A stretch of DNA of 56,683 nt from a virus (taxonomy: Duplodnaviria; Caudoviricetes): IMG/VR virus record IMGVR_UViG_3300042922_001010, positions 1-56,683 of that record. One strand, written 5' to 3'. The position numbers were made by a program, and so were the translations under genes. Every line of letters starts with the position of its first letter. The stretch's first letter is position 1. Shown piece after piece: positions 44,422 through 53,313 of the stretch. The notes under the pieces are model-generated. The model made no database searches. It saw only the letters and a program-made list of their open reading frames with translations, and had not been told where the DNA came from.

Positions 44422-44667
44422 GTGCACACATGAGTGCACACATACACCTGCGAACACTGCCTTTGCAGGTGCATTCGACTTGAGGAGGAGAAACCGCATA
44501 ATTCCGGGGTAAACCCGGGGGTCATGTGGAGCCACCTAAGGGAATCGAACCCTTGACCTATTCATTACGAGTGAATTGGTCCCGCCGTCGGAATGACCTA
44601 CAAATCGTTGATTTTCTAAGAGCCTAGCAAGGGCGCTCCAACCCCTGTGCACACAGAGGTGCACACA
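44422..44667. mobile_element. attP: core = 3' half of tRNA-Thr(CGT) at 44527-44576 (minus), flanked by paired GTGCACACA arm-type repeats
   Basis: ATTCA-CTCGTAA-TGAAT...GGTTCGATTCC...GGCTCCA with no 5' half; repeats at 44422, 44434, 44647, 44659. Confidence 0.9.
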
Positions 44668-44671
44668 TCAC

Positions 44672-44899
44672 TTACCGCCGTCGTCGAGCGCGGTGCTCGT
44701 CGCGACGGCGCAACAGCGTGTGGACCAACTGCGGATCGGACTTGAGCCCCTCGTGGGTCTCGATAGCCCTGTTGAGCAGTTGGTAATAGCGCGCCGGGGC
44801 GATCCCGAGGTCGCGTCGGATAGCGACCTCCTTGTTTCCGGTATGCCGGCCGACGACCCACGCGGCTTCGAACGCGAACAACTCAGAAGTGGAAAGCAT
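44672..44899 (-). CDS. DUF3263-family protein
   Basis: AFE..W......KE.AIR..LGI...RYYQLLN...DP.LV..L.R. Confidence 0.8.
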   Translation of the reverse strand: MLSTSELFAFEAAWVVGRHTGNKEVAIRRDLGIAPARYYQLLNRAIETHEGLKSDPQLVHTLLRRRDEHRARRRR

Positions 44900-44933
44900 G
44901 TGGACAGTCTCGTCCTGGGTTCCGACGTTCTAG

Positions 44934-45242
44934 GTGCGGCGGATGTCAGATCGCGACCATACGATCGATCCCATGTTCATCGGACTGACCCGCTCCGTCG
45001 AGACCAACACCCGAGAAGTCCGGGGTGAGGGCATCGCAGCCATCCACGACCAGCTCGAAGCGCCGCCCGGGTGGGAGCTGACGCAGGCGCACATCGGGCG
45101 CCGGCCGGGGACGACTGAGTTCTTCACCGTCGGCCACTTCGCGCGCCGCGATGAGCCGACTGAGATCGAAGCGGACGACATCCAGACACTGCGCGGCAAG
45201 GTTCCTGAGGGGCACCAGTTACTCTCCATCGTCCAGCGATGA
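44934..45242 (+). CDS. Hypothetical protein (start uncertain)
   Basis: Internal duplication (PPGWEL / PEGHQL); ATGA coupling downstream. Confidence 0.65.
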   Translation: MRRMSDRDHTIDPMFIGLTRSVETNTREVRGEGIAAIHDQLEAPPGWELTQAHIGRRPGTTEFFTVGHFARRDEPTEIEADDIQTLRGKVPEGHQLLSIVQR

Positions 45243-45559
45243 GCGTCCTGCACCCCGACGTTCTCCTGAGCATCGCGCTCAGCGCCGCCATGGGCCGCAA
45301 CCAGTACACGCGAGACGTGCAGCCGATCATCGACGAGGTGCGGCAGCTCGCCGGCGGACGCCCCGACATCCTCTATTCGGAGGTCGGCCGGTGGGTCGGG
45401 TATCACGGCATCCCCGAGAACGCCGCGCTCACGTCCGCGCTGCTAGGCGCGTTCCCCGGCGCGGTGCCTTTCATCCGTGAGGGCCAGGAGCGACGCAACC
45501 GGGGCTCGCACAGCACACCATCCGTCCGAACGATGAAGCAGCCCCCGACCGCCCCATAA
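45239..45559 (+). CDS. Hypothetical protein
   Basis: Coupled to the upstream gene. Confidence 0.65.
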   Translation: MSVLHPDVLLSIALSAAMGRNQYTRDVQPIIDEVRQLAGGRPDILYSEVGRWVGYHGIPENAALTSALLGAFPGAVPFIREGQERRNRGSHSTPSVRTMKQPPTAP

Positions 45560-45622
45560 GAGGCAGCCGGGGGCTGTTCGTGATCTGGTAATCTCCGGGA
45601 ATCGAGGAGCCAAGCCGCTCCC

Positions 45623-45886
45623 ATGTCCTGGGGGATAGAGAAGATGACGTCGGCGCTACACATGGACGTTGCGGCGCGCACCGGCGCGTGCCCGGACTGC
45701 GGTCACTCGGCAGAGGCCGACACCGATCCCACCGGTTGGTCCGACGTCGCGGCGGCCTGGGTCCGTCGGCTGTTGCGGATGCGCCCGCTGCCCGCGGAGT
45801 GCCATGCGTACGTTGCCGAGCGCGCTGTTAGCGGCTGGGGCGGAGACACCGACTGCGGGTGCCGGCACCCATTCCACGGCTCGTAG
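45623..45886 (+). CDS. Cys/His hypothetical protein
   Basis: GAGGAG RBS; CPDCGH...CGCRHPFH. Confidence 0.55.
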   Translation: MSWGIEKMTSALHMDVAARTGACPDCGHSAEADTDPTGWSDVAAAWVRRLLRMRPLPAECHAYVAERAVSGWGGDTDCGCRHPFHGS

Positions 45887-45913
45887 GCCGGAAGGTACCG
45901 ACTCTCCTCGGTT

Positions 45914-47251
45914 TCAAGCCGGGTTCGGGAAGTGGGTCGCGGGATTGATGGTCGCGGCGATCATGGCGATGATCGACGAGTTCCAGTGGACGCCGTCAGT
46001 GGTCGGCCAGTTCGCGGTGCCATTAACCTTCCACAGGCCCGAGTTCGTGGCGGACTCCGCGATCTCCGCGAAGTCAAAGAACCCGTTCGCCATGAGCGGG
46101 TGTCCGGTCTCGCCGAAACGCACCGTGCCGGGCGCGTTGGTCCCGGTGCCGACAGCGACACCGTTCAGCATCGGCGCGCCGTCGCGCATCCAGTTGTTGA
46201 ACTGAACTCGAGTGGGGTTGGAAGCTGCAGTCGTCTGATTGACCGTCGTCGCCCAGTTGTCGGTCGACGTCGAGCGAGGCGGGATCGTTGCACCGCGGAC
46301 GAGCATGCCCGCCGCCGCCATTCGCTTCCAGACCGCGATAACGCGCGACTGCAGTGTTGCCAGCGAGGCGCCTCCGTTGAGGTCGTTGGTGCCGATGAGT
46401 AGCACGCCGTGCGTCGCGCCCTGCACCTTCGGCCAGAGGGTGTTGTCGTACGTCAGAAGATCGGAGGCAAGCTTGCCGGAGTACGCGGCCTTCACGTACG
46501 AGCGGAGCCCCTTGAGTGCCTGAGCGCCCCACCCGCGGTCGTTCGGGGTGTCCCCGTCGCCGTGGGTCAGGGAGTCACCGATGAGCGCGACGATCGCCTG
46601 CCACGGAACGGTCGCCTTCGCACGCGCGAGGATCATGCTCGGCCCGTACAGGTATCCGTAGCCCAGCGCGTGCGTGCCGGTCAGGGTCAGGTCGGTGCTG
46701 TCGATCGACCGGCCTTCGCCGTCGGCGACGCTGTTCGCCATGTTCACCGGCAGCGTCGTCGCACCGTTCGCGACCACCGCGCGCGTCCGCACCCAGAAGT
46801 AGGGCGTGGCCGCAGCGGGCCCGTCGTGATCCATCGCGACGAATCCGCGCGCTTCGCCACCGGGCGGGATCACCACAGTGCGACCGCTCGGGAAGTAAAT
46901 CGCGCGCGGGGTGCCGCCGTTTTCTAGAGAGGCGGACACGATGATGTCGCCCGCGCCAGGACCGTCCACGAGGTCGTTGCGGAACACGAGCTCAAGGAAC
47001 TCGACCGCCACCGGCGGCGTCACCCGCAGCCGCGCATCGCACGACGTCATCGCGAGAGCCGCCTGCGAGTTCGCGCTCGTGCGCGGCCCGATCGGGATCA
47101 AGTTGTCGTAGTTCGACAGCCCCGGTCGCGACAGCACCGCGAGGCCCGCCACCGTGACCTTCTTGGTGACACCTCCCTGCACGACGGGGAGGACGTCGGA
47201 CTGCCCGAGCGGCCCGGCAGGGGGCAGTTCAGAAATCTTGTGGTTTACCAT
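45914..47251 (-). CDS. SGNH/GDSL esterase, probable tail-associated receptor-binding protein
   Basis: IGDSLT, GTND, DGVH; N-terminal KISELP...LPVVQGGVTKK segment. Confidence 0.85.
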   Translation of the reverse strand: MVNHKISELPPAGPLGQSDVLPVVQGGVTKKVTVAGLAVLSRPGLSNYDNLIPIGPRTSANSQAALAMTSCDARLRVTPPVAVEFLELVFRNDLVDGPGAGDIIVSASLENGGTPRAIYFPSGRTVVIPPGGEARGFVAMDHDGPAAATPYFWVRTRAVVANGATTLPVNMANSVADGEGRSIDSTDLTLTGTHALGYGYLYGPSMILARAKATVPWQAIVALIGDSLTHGDGDTPNDRGWGAQALKGLRSYVKAAYSGKLASDLLTYDNTLWPKVQGATHGVLLIGTNDLNGGASLATLQSRVIAVWKRMAAAGMLVRGATIPPRSTSTDNWATTVNQTTAASNPTRVQFNNWMRDGAPMLNGVAVGTGTNAPGTVRFGETGHPLMANGFFDFAEIAESATNSGLWKVNGTANWPTTDGVHWNSSIIAMIAATINPATHFPNPA

Positions 47252-47259
47252 TCGCTCTC

Positions 47260-47874
47260 CTATGCGTGGAGCAGGTTGTCGTTGGATTCGGACACGAGGA
47301 AAGCGCCGGCCTCAGTGAGTAGCGCATTGTCGACTGCGGGGGTGGAGGAGCCTGCGTTCAGCCACGAAAGCTGTCCGCCGACGAGCCCCAGCACTTGCCC
47401 GTCTGTTCCTCCGGCCGGCAGTCGCACGAAGGCATCCCCCGCCGACTCAGCCCGCGCCGCTGCGCTCAGCGCCTCGTCTCGAGCCGCTCGCGCGTAGACG
47501 AGGGCATCCTCGGTGTGTTGCCGCGCCAAAGCCGCCGCGTTCGCTGCGACCGAAGCGGCCCCCGCGCTTCCGGAAGCCATTCCCGCCGCGGCCTCTGCAG
47601 CGTTCGCGTACACGGACAGCGACGTCATGGGCGTGCGGAGCGAGCCGGAAACAACGACGACCTGCATGGTCCCGTTCACGACACGGAAGGCGGGGTAGAT
47701 CCCGACGTCCGAGGACTGCAGAGCCGCTATCGGGACACCTTGCAGGTCCGTCAAGGCCAGCGGGTTCGAGAGGCTCGTATCAGAGAGCGCGTAGACCTGT
47801 GCAGCGGCGTTCTTGACGGTGACGCCGTTGCCGTCGGCGGCGAGAGCGGCCGGGAAGTAATCAATGATCGCCAC
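47260..47874 (-). CDS. Minor tail / fibre adaptor protein
   Basis: Ala-rich coiled region, LPAGGTDGQVL, C-terminal LLTEAG.FL..E. Confidence 0.7.
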   Translation of the reverse strand: MAIIDYFPAALAADGNGVTVKNAAAQVYALSDTSLSNPLALTDLQGVPIAALQSSDVGIYPAFRVVNGTMQVVVVSGSLRTPMTSLSVYANAAEAAAGMASGSAGAASVAANAAALARQHTEDALVYARAARDEALSAAARAESAGDAFVRLPAGGTDGQVLGLVGGQLSWLNAGSSTPAVDNALLTEAGAFLVSESNDNLLHA

Positions 47875-47907
47875 TTCGACGCTCCTTTCGGGTCAGGGGG
47901 TGAGAAT

Positions 47908-48306
47908 TCAGCCGCGCGCGCGGCGCGACTCGATGACCGATGCGACGACTCCCTCCGGGGTGGACGAAGTCGCGGGAGAGCCGTCAGCGCGAACCTGAAC
48001 GCCGATCTCGGTCGCCAGCGCGGACAGTGCTGCGAGAGCGAAGATCACGAGCGACTGCCAGGTAAAGCCGAGGATGAGCGGGATGATGAGCGTCGCGACG
48101 GCAGCGAAGATCGCGGCGCCCGTCTTGAACAGACCCCGCCAGCGGCCGTCGACAACCGGCACGACGAAGGTGACGATGACACCGGCAGTCAGCGCGAGGA
48201 GCTGGCCGCCTTCGATGTCGTTGATACGGTCGTCGGCGAGCGCGGTCTGCAGGCCGCCGAACAGGATGATGAAGCCGGGCAGGAGCGCGGCGAGGTACTT
48301 CTTCAT
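47908..48306 (-). CDS. Holin-like membrane protein
   Basis: About four TM segments; in the lysis cassette. Confidence 0.7.
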   Translation of the reverse strand: MKKYLAALLPGFIILFGGLQTALADDRINDIEGGQLLALTAGVIVTFVVPVVDGRWRGLFKTGAAIFAAVATLIIPLILGFTWQSLVIFALAALSALATEIGVQVRADGSPATSSTPEGVVASVIESRRARG

Positions 48307-48321
48307 GGTGACCTCCTCAGG

Positions 48322-48735
48322 TCAGGGCTTGGTCGGGGCGGTTTGCGCCCACAGGTCTTCGTCCGCGCGGAGAGCGCGCGCCTTATCGATGGCTTCGTGC
48401 TCGCGCTGCGTGAAGCGCGGCATCCGGCCGGCGATCTCGGCCTCTCGCTCGACGTAGTTCGAGAGGGCGTCGAACCCCTCGCCCATGATTCGGTTGATGT
48501 TGAGCTGGGTTTCGCGGCTCAGAATGAGGCGCTCGACTTTGCCCTCGAGGGCGGTGTGGTCTTCGCGGAGCTTGCGGTTCTCGGCCCAGAGATCCTGAAT
48601 CTGCACCGGTGTCCGGGTGACGCGGACGATGAGCGCGACGACGCCGCCGATGATGGCGGCGAGGAGACCCCCGCCGAACGTGATCCATGCGGTCGGCGGG
48701 ACGCCCGCCTCCGCGGCCAGGAGAGCTACGATCAC
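48322..48735 (-). CDS. Membrane protein with coiled coil (lysis cassette)
   Basis: One TM helix followed by ENRKLRE coiled coil. Confidence 0.7.
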   Translation of the reverse strand: MIVALLAAEAGVPPTAWITFGGGLLAAIIGGVVALIVRVTRTPVQIQDLWAENRKLREDHTALEGKVERLILSRETQLNINRIMGEGFDALSNYVEREAEIAGRMPRFTQREHEAIDKARALRADEDLWAQTAPTKP

Positions 48736-49166
48736 GGCGCCTTCCGGGTGCGCTTGCGCGCGATGTCCAGCAAGTGCGCGTACGGCATCACCATGACGAT
48801 CACCGGCAGAAGTCCCGTCGGTCCGCGCGTCCACGTGCCCTCGACGACGCAGCGCACGTAGATGGTGAGCGCGTAGCTGGCGAGCACGGCGAGGAGCATG
48901 ATGATGCCGGTGATTTCGGTCGCGTGTCGGCCTGTGCGCCGCGAACGGATGACGCCAATGATCGCGATGACGGCTGCGACGACGATGGCCCACGGCCAAA
49001 CCGACTCAACGAGCTCGCCCGACATCTGCCGTAGCGTCTGCACGCCGACGAGAGCCGACCATAGGCCGTAGACGCCGAGGAGCGCGTACTTGACGATGTA
49101 TCGGACGTCGCGCGTGTCCGCACTGGCCTCTTGTAGTTCTTCGACCGGCGCGCGCAGTACGCGCAT
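48732..49166 (-). CDS. Multi-pass membrane protein (lysis cassette)
   Basis: About four TM segments; directly after the endolysin. Confidence 0.7.
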   Translation of the reverse strand: MRVLRAPVEELQEASADTRDVRYIVKYALLGVYGLWSALVGVQTLRQMSGELVESVWPWAIVVAAVIAIIGVIRSRRTGRHATEITGIIMLLAVLASYALTIYVRCVVEGTWTRGPTGLLPVIVMVMPYAHLLDIARKRTRKAP

Positions 49167-50077
49167 CAGCTTCCCGTCCCGGCCTGAACGCCGAGCCGCT
49201 CGCGGTCGCGGCGGTCGCGCTCGTCCGCTGCCGCCTTCGCCAAGCGCTCGACAGTGGCGTCGTCGATGTCTCCGAACCCCTGAGCCAGGAGCAAGGGGGC
49301 GAGCGCCGGGGCGAGGCCCTTCGCGAGTGCTTCCTCGTCGATCTCGACCGGAGCCTGTCCGTTGCCCTCCCGGATCGTGTTGACGACGGCGACGAACGCG
49401 TTGTAGTTCGCGCCCGGGAAAGTGATGTTGCCCGCGGCGATGCTCGCGAGGGCCGTGAGGACGTTACCCATGAGCGCGCGGTTGTCGTTGATCGCGGCGT
49501 CGGTCTTGTAGTAGTCACCGCTGGGTGAGTGGGCAACGAGCGCGTCGTACATCTGCGCCTGCTGGAAGTCGCTGAGTGCCATGAGGAAGCCTTTCGGAGC
49601 GGGTGTGGAGGCTGCGGCACCCGCCGCTGAGCCGATCTGGCCGAGGTTCCCGACGTTCTCCCAGTGCCAGTCCTCGGAGAAGTTGACGCCCGTCCACTTG
49701 AGCCCGTGATGGGCCGCGATCTGCTGCAGGCGGCGGTGGGCGGCGGAATGACGGTTGTTGTACGGGGCGCCGAGATCCGCGGCTCGTCGGGACTCGTGGT
49801 TCGATGTCCCAGGAATAGCCACGGTTCCCGCGGCCGAGATTCGATACCACGTCACGCCGTTCCATCTGCGGGTGTCGTAGACGCGGCGACCGCGGATGTT
49901 GTTAGCGGTGACGTACCGCTCTAGGAAGATGCGCTTCTGGTCCTCGTACTCGCGGTCGCCCGACAGAATCGTGATCGCGGGGTGCCCCTCGCGCTCGAGT
50001 TGGTCGGAGGCGCGGCCGAAGGAATCTCGTGTGCCGGACGCTTTGCAGTAGGCGCCGTTGGCGAAGCGGAGCGTCAT
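49166..50077 (-). CDS. Endolysin (M15-type Zn peptidase)
   Basis: R...Q, PGTSNHE..AADL, EDWHW. Confidence 0.88.
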   Translation of the reverse strand: MTLRFANGAYCKASGTRDSFGRASDQLEREGHPAITILSGDREYEDQKRIFLERYVTANNIRGRRVYDTRRWNGVTWYRISAAGTVAIPGTSNHESRRAADLGAPYNNRHSAAHRRLQQIAAHHGLKWTGVNFSEDWHWENVGNLGQIGSAAGAAASTPAPKGFLMALSDFQQAQMYDALVAHSPSGDYYKTDAAINDNRALMGNVLTALASIAAGNITFPGANYNAFVAVVNTIREGNGQAPVEIDEEALAKGLAPALAPLLLAQGFGDIDDATVERLAKAAADERDRRDRERLGVQAGTGS

Positions 50078-50298
50078 TCGCTCCCGCCCTCTAGGCCTTC
50101 GCCTGTAGAGACGGCGACCGTGTCCCCGACCGTGACGCCGGAGACGATGGTTAGGTTGCCGTCGGCGTCGAGACTGTAGAAGTCCGGTACGCCATCGCCG
50201 TCCTCGTCCTGATACGCGGGGATGATCGGGTTCCCGAGTCCCTCCGCCTTCCAGCGGGTAAGGATCTCGAGGAGGATCTCGTGCTCGTCGTTAGTCAT
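50074..50298 (-). CDS. Small acidic protein
   Basis: RBS; DEDGDGVPD. Confidence 0.65.
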   Translation of the reverse strand: MTNDEHEILLEILTRWKAEGLGNPIIPAYQDEDGDGVPDFYSLDADGNLTIVSGVTVGDTVAVSTGEGLEGGSE

Positions 50299-50307
50299 GG
50301 ATCCCCC

Positions 50308-51246
50308 TCAGTAACCGATCGCTGTCCACAGGAATGAGCGCACCCAGGGGCTCGTGCTTCGCGGGTACATCACGCGGAACCCTCCGCGGGACACGCCGTC
50401 GACGCCGGGTGCGATCGGTGGCGCCAGCGGCGACGCGATGTCGGCGAACACGGGCAGCACCGAAACCGAGAGGATGCCGTTCGGGAACGCTTGCTCGAAG
50501 ACGATTCCCGGCATGTACTCGTTGCCGAACGCGACCGTCGTGCCGGACGTGAGCATCCCGGTCTTGACCTGCGCGCCCGCAACCGCCATCGCCCCGCTCG
50601 GGACTTCGATGCCAGCGAGGGTCGCGCCGGGGTTTCCGTTGTGACGGGTTTCCGCTCCGGTCACCGCCCAGGATGGCGAGCCGAGCGAGTCGATGACGCG
50701 GGACCATTCCCTGTTGCCGATCCTGACTCGCGTGCCTAGCCGGTTGAGGAACTGCAGCACCAGTTCGTCCTTGGCGAACGCTCCGCCGTCCCCGCCCCAG
50801 ACGCGGAGGTCGATGATGTTGGCGTCCACGATGGTGGACTGGCCTGCGACGACCGGAACGAGCGCAAGTGGCTGATCGTCAACCGTTCCCGGCGTCGTGT
50901 CGCGTAGCGGGATCTGCTTGGTCGCGGATCCCGTGATGGAGGTGAACGTCGACTCGTTCGCGGCCCAATCGCGATGCGCCGCGATGAGGTGCCAGACGGT
51001 TCCGGAGGTGGACGGCGGAAGCGTCAGCGTGGCGACATCGGTCGTCCGGTCGTGGACGCCGAACCCGAATCCGCGCCCGGGCGCAATCTGGATCTGGCGG
51101 TCGCCGCCGACTCCCGTGGTGACCTTCCACGCCGCTGCGCCGGAGACGCCGTACTGACGTCCCCCCGCGTTGGAGAGCAGATCGGACCACTCGGGTTCGT
51201 CGACCGTGCCTTCGTATCCGGCACTGTGGGGAATCAAGACTGACAA
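50308..51246 (-). CDS. Minor tail protein
   Basis: GYEGTV, IAPGRGFGFGV, QPLALVPV, IIDLR; C-terminal W.AIGY. Confidence 0.8.
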   Translation of the reverse strand: MSVLIPHSAGYEGTVDEPEWSDLLSNAGGRQYGVSGAAAWKVTTGVGGDRQIQIAPGRGFGFGVHDRTTDVATLTLPPSTSGTVWHLIAAHRDWAANESTFTSITGSATKQIPLRDTTPGTVDDQPLALVPVVAGQSTIVDANIIDLRVWGGDGGAFAKDELVLQFLNRLGTRVRIGNREWSRVIDSLGSPSWAVTGAETRHNGNPGATLAGIEVPSGAMAVAGAQVKTGMLTSGTTVAFGNEYMPGIVFEQAFPNGILSVSVLPVFADIASPLAPPIAPGVDGVSRGGFRVMYPRSTSPWVRSFLWTAIGY

Positions 51247-51249
51247 GGG

Positions 51250-52365
51250 CTACCTTCTTCCTTGGTCGCGGGCACCGCGAGCGAGACGCTCGACCTGGCG
51301 AGCGAGCTGCACTTCGGTGTCGGACGATGCGTCCACGTCGCCGATGAGGGGCGTGACGATGACGCCGCCCGAGGCGGTTTCTGTGATGGAGACGCTGATG
51401 CGTTGTTCGATGTCGACCGGGTCGATGACGGTCCGGACTAGGTCGCCGACCTCGAAGGTCGTGCGGTAGCGGAAAGCGTCGGTCTCCGTCAGCTCTGTGG
51501 TGATGGATGCTCGTGGGGCGCCCTCGGCGAGCGCCTCGCGGGCGTCGACCGAGATGTCCGCGCCTTCTTCCGTGTTGCGCGCGTCTACGAAGCCTTCGAT
51601 GATGTCGCCCCACGTGGACTCGCGGGCGGTGTCGATCACTTCGACGAAGGACCGCTCGACGCCTTCGCCACGGCCGCCGGCGACGGCGCGCGTGACGGTG
51701 GGCGCGATGGTGTTGAACTCGTAGGCGCTGGGCACACCGGACGCGAGGGTGAGTCGCCCCGGCACGGTGGCGGGCTCGCGCACGTCGACCACTACCTCGC
51801 CGTCCTCGCCGTACGTCAGCACGACGAGAAGCCCCGCAGCATCGAGGATCGGCATGAGCTTGTCTGCGAGCGGGTGCATGCGGAACTCCACGCGGACGGG
51901 AGCACCTCCGCGTCCCAGGTCGGGCGCAACCGACCACGGCACTCCGAGACGAGCGAAGTTCTCGGCGAGTGCTTGCTTGAAGACACTCTCCGGCGCCCCC
52001 GTGTATACGCGGTATTCCGCTGGGATCAGGGTCGGGGTCGCTGCAATCGGGGTTGTCGGCGACTGTCGCCCCTGCCAGTCCCAGAGCTTCCGCATGTCCG
52101 ACTGGACATGCGCCGTGACTTGCCCGGTGGGACCGAATCCCGGTGTCTGCTGCACGCGGCCGCGAAAGACCTCACCGCCGCGGAACCACACCGCGCAGCG
52201 GGCGCCGCGCGCCGTGACGGCGCCCAGAGCGGGGTGGTCGTCATCGAGCGTGAAAGTGGCCGCGGAGATCGCGTTTGGAACGATGTCGGCGGTTGCTTCG
52301 GCGCCCGTAACTGCGCGCCGGAATTCCTCGTGGTGGTCATAAAGAACGAATCGGAGACCGTCCAT
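51250..52365 (-). CDS. Minor tail / baseplate hub protein
   Basis: GGRGEGVER, EGFVDARN, VGDLV; second gene after the tape measure. Confidence 0.85.
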   Translation of the reverse strand: MDGLRFVLYDHHEEFRRAVTGAEATADIVPNAISAATFTLDDDHPALGAVTARGARCAVWFRGGEVFRGRVQQTPGFGPTGQVTAHVQSDMRKLWDWQGRQSPTTPIAATPTLIPAEYRVYTGAPESVFKQALAENFARLGVPWSVAPDLGRGGAPVRVEFRMHPLADKLMPILDAAGLLVVLTYGEDGEVVVDVREPATVPGRLTLASGVPSAYEFNTIAPTVTRAVAGGRGEGVERSFVEVIDTARESTWGDIIEGFVDARNTEEGADISVDAREALAEGAPRASITTELTETDAFRYRTTFEVGDLVRTVIDPVDIEQRISVSITETASGGVIVTPLIGDVDASSDTEVQLARQVERLARGARDQGRR

Positions 52366-52374
52366 ACCCGCCTT

Positions 52375-53313
52375 TCAGAAGGCTCGGAAGTAGAGAGGCG
52401 TGAGCTCGAAAAGCACCTGACCGGCGCCCGTCGCGTTCACGTGAAGATCCACCGCCGCACCGGTGGGGACTGGCGCGTAGTCCTGCAGCCCCAGTTCGCT
52501 AGTGACGTCGTCTCCAACGAAGTCCTCGCGCTTCACCGGGGTCGCGCCGCGCTTCGCTGTGGCGCGCCGGGGGTCGGTGTCTATCCGGAGGGTCTGCCCC
52601 TCCGGGAGGTTGAACGGCGGAATGATGAGCGCGGAGCCGATGCCGAGTTCGATGGCGTCGAGCGGGCCATCAACCCACCAGACGCCCCATGCGTCCACGT
52701 CACCGGGGTTCGGGATCGTGGCCGATCCAAACGCGCTAGAGGATGAGATTGTGAAGGATGGCCCGGGGAAGAACGGGCTCGACTGTGGTGCGCGCCACGG
52801 GCCGCGGCGGATCGTCTTACCCGTCCAGTAGGGCTGCTCCGCCTCGAGCGTGATCGGGTAGTTTGCCCAGCCGTAGACGAGCGGGTCGATCTCGTAGCGA
52901 AACGGGGTGTCGTAGACGCCCGTGAGTTCGATGCTCCGGGTGGACTGGCCGGCGGTGACCGTCCATTTGCCCGCGCGGTCGGGGTGAATCGAGGCCATGA
53001 AGGCGCTGTTGCGTTCGAGCCACGCGTCTGAGCCGTCAGCCCATAGGTGGATGGGCCAGAACACCTCTCGCGGTTCCACCCGCCATCCCCGGGAGCGTTT
53101 CCCAGGGATGGCGGGGGCGACGGTCGAGTGCTTCGTGATTTGCGGGTTATGGAGCCCTTCGACGCCATTACGAAGGAGGACGACTCCTCCTTCGCGGTCG
53201 TTGAGATTCCACGACGAGCCATCAGCGCCGTCCCAGTGGAGACCGATGGAGGCCCACCCAGATTCGGGCGCGCTTTCCATCTCCCGGGCACTGAGAATGA
53301 AGGGGCTACTCAC
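52375..53313 (-). CDS. Distal tail protein
   Basis: Directly after the tape measure; AEQPYW, NPGDVDAW motifs. Confidence 0.85.
   Translation of the reverse strand: MSSPFILSAREMESAPESGWASIGLHWDGADGSSWNLNDREGGVVLLRNGVEGLHNPQITKHSTVAPAIPGKRSRGWRVEPREVFWPIHLWADGSDAWLERNSAFMASIHPDRAGKWTVTAGQSTRSIELTGVYDTPFRYEIDPLVYGWANYPITLEAEQPYWTGKTIRRGPWRAPQSSPFFPGPSFTISSSSAFGSATIPNPGDVDAWGVWWVDGPLDAIELGIGSALIIPPFNLPEGQTLRIDTDPRRATAKRGATPVKREDFVGDDVTSELGLQDYAPVPTGAAVDLHVNATGAGQVLFELTPLYFRAF

Noticed and set aside
44527-44576. Functional tRNA-Thr gene
   Set aside because: The 5' half (acceptor 5' strand and D-arm) is absent; it is the attP core
45914-53313. Diversity-generating retroelement or invertible tail cassette
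   Set aside because: No reverse transcriptase, invertase or template/variable repeat pair noticed
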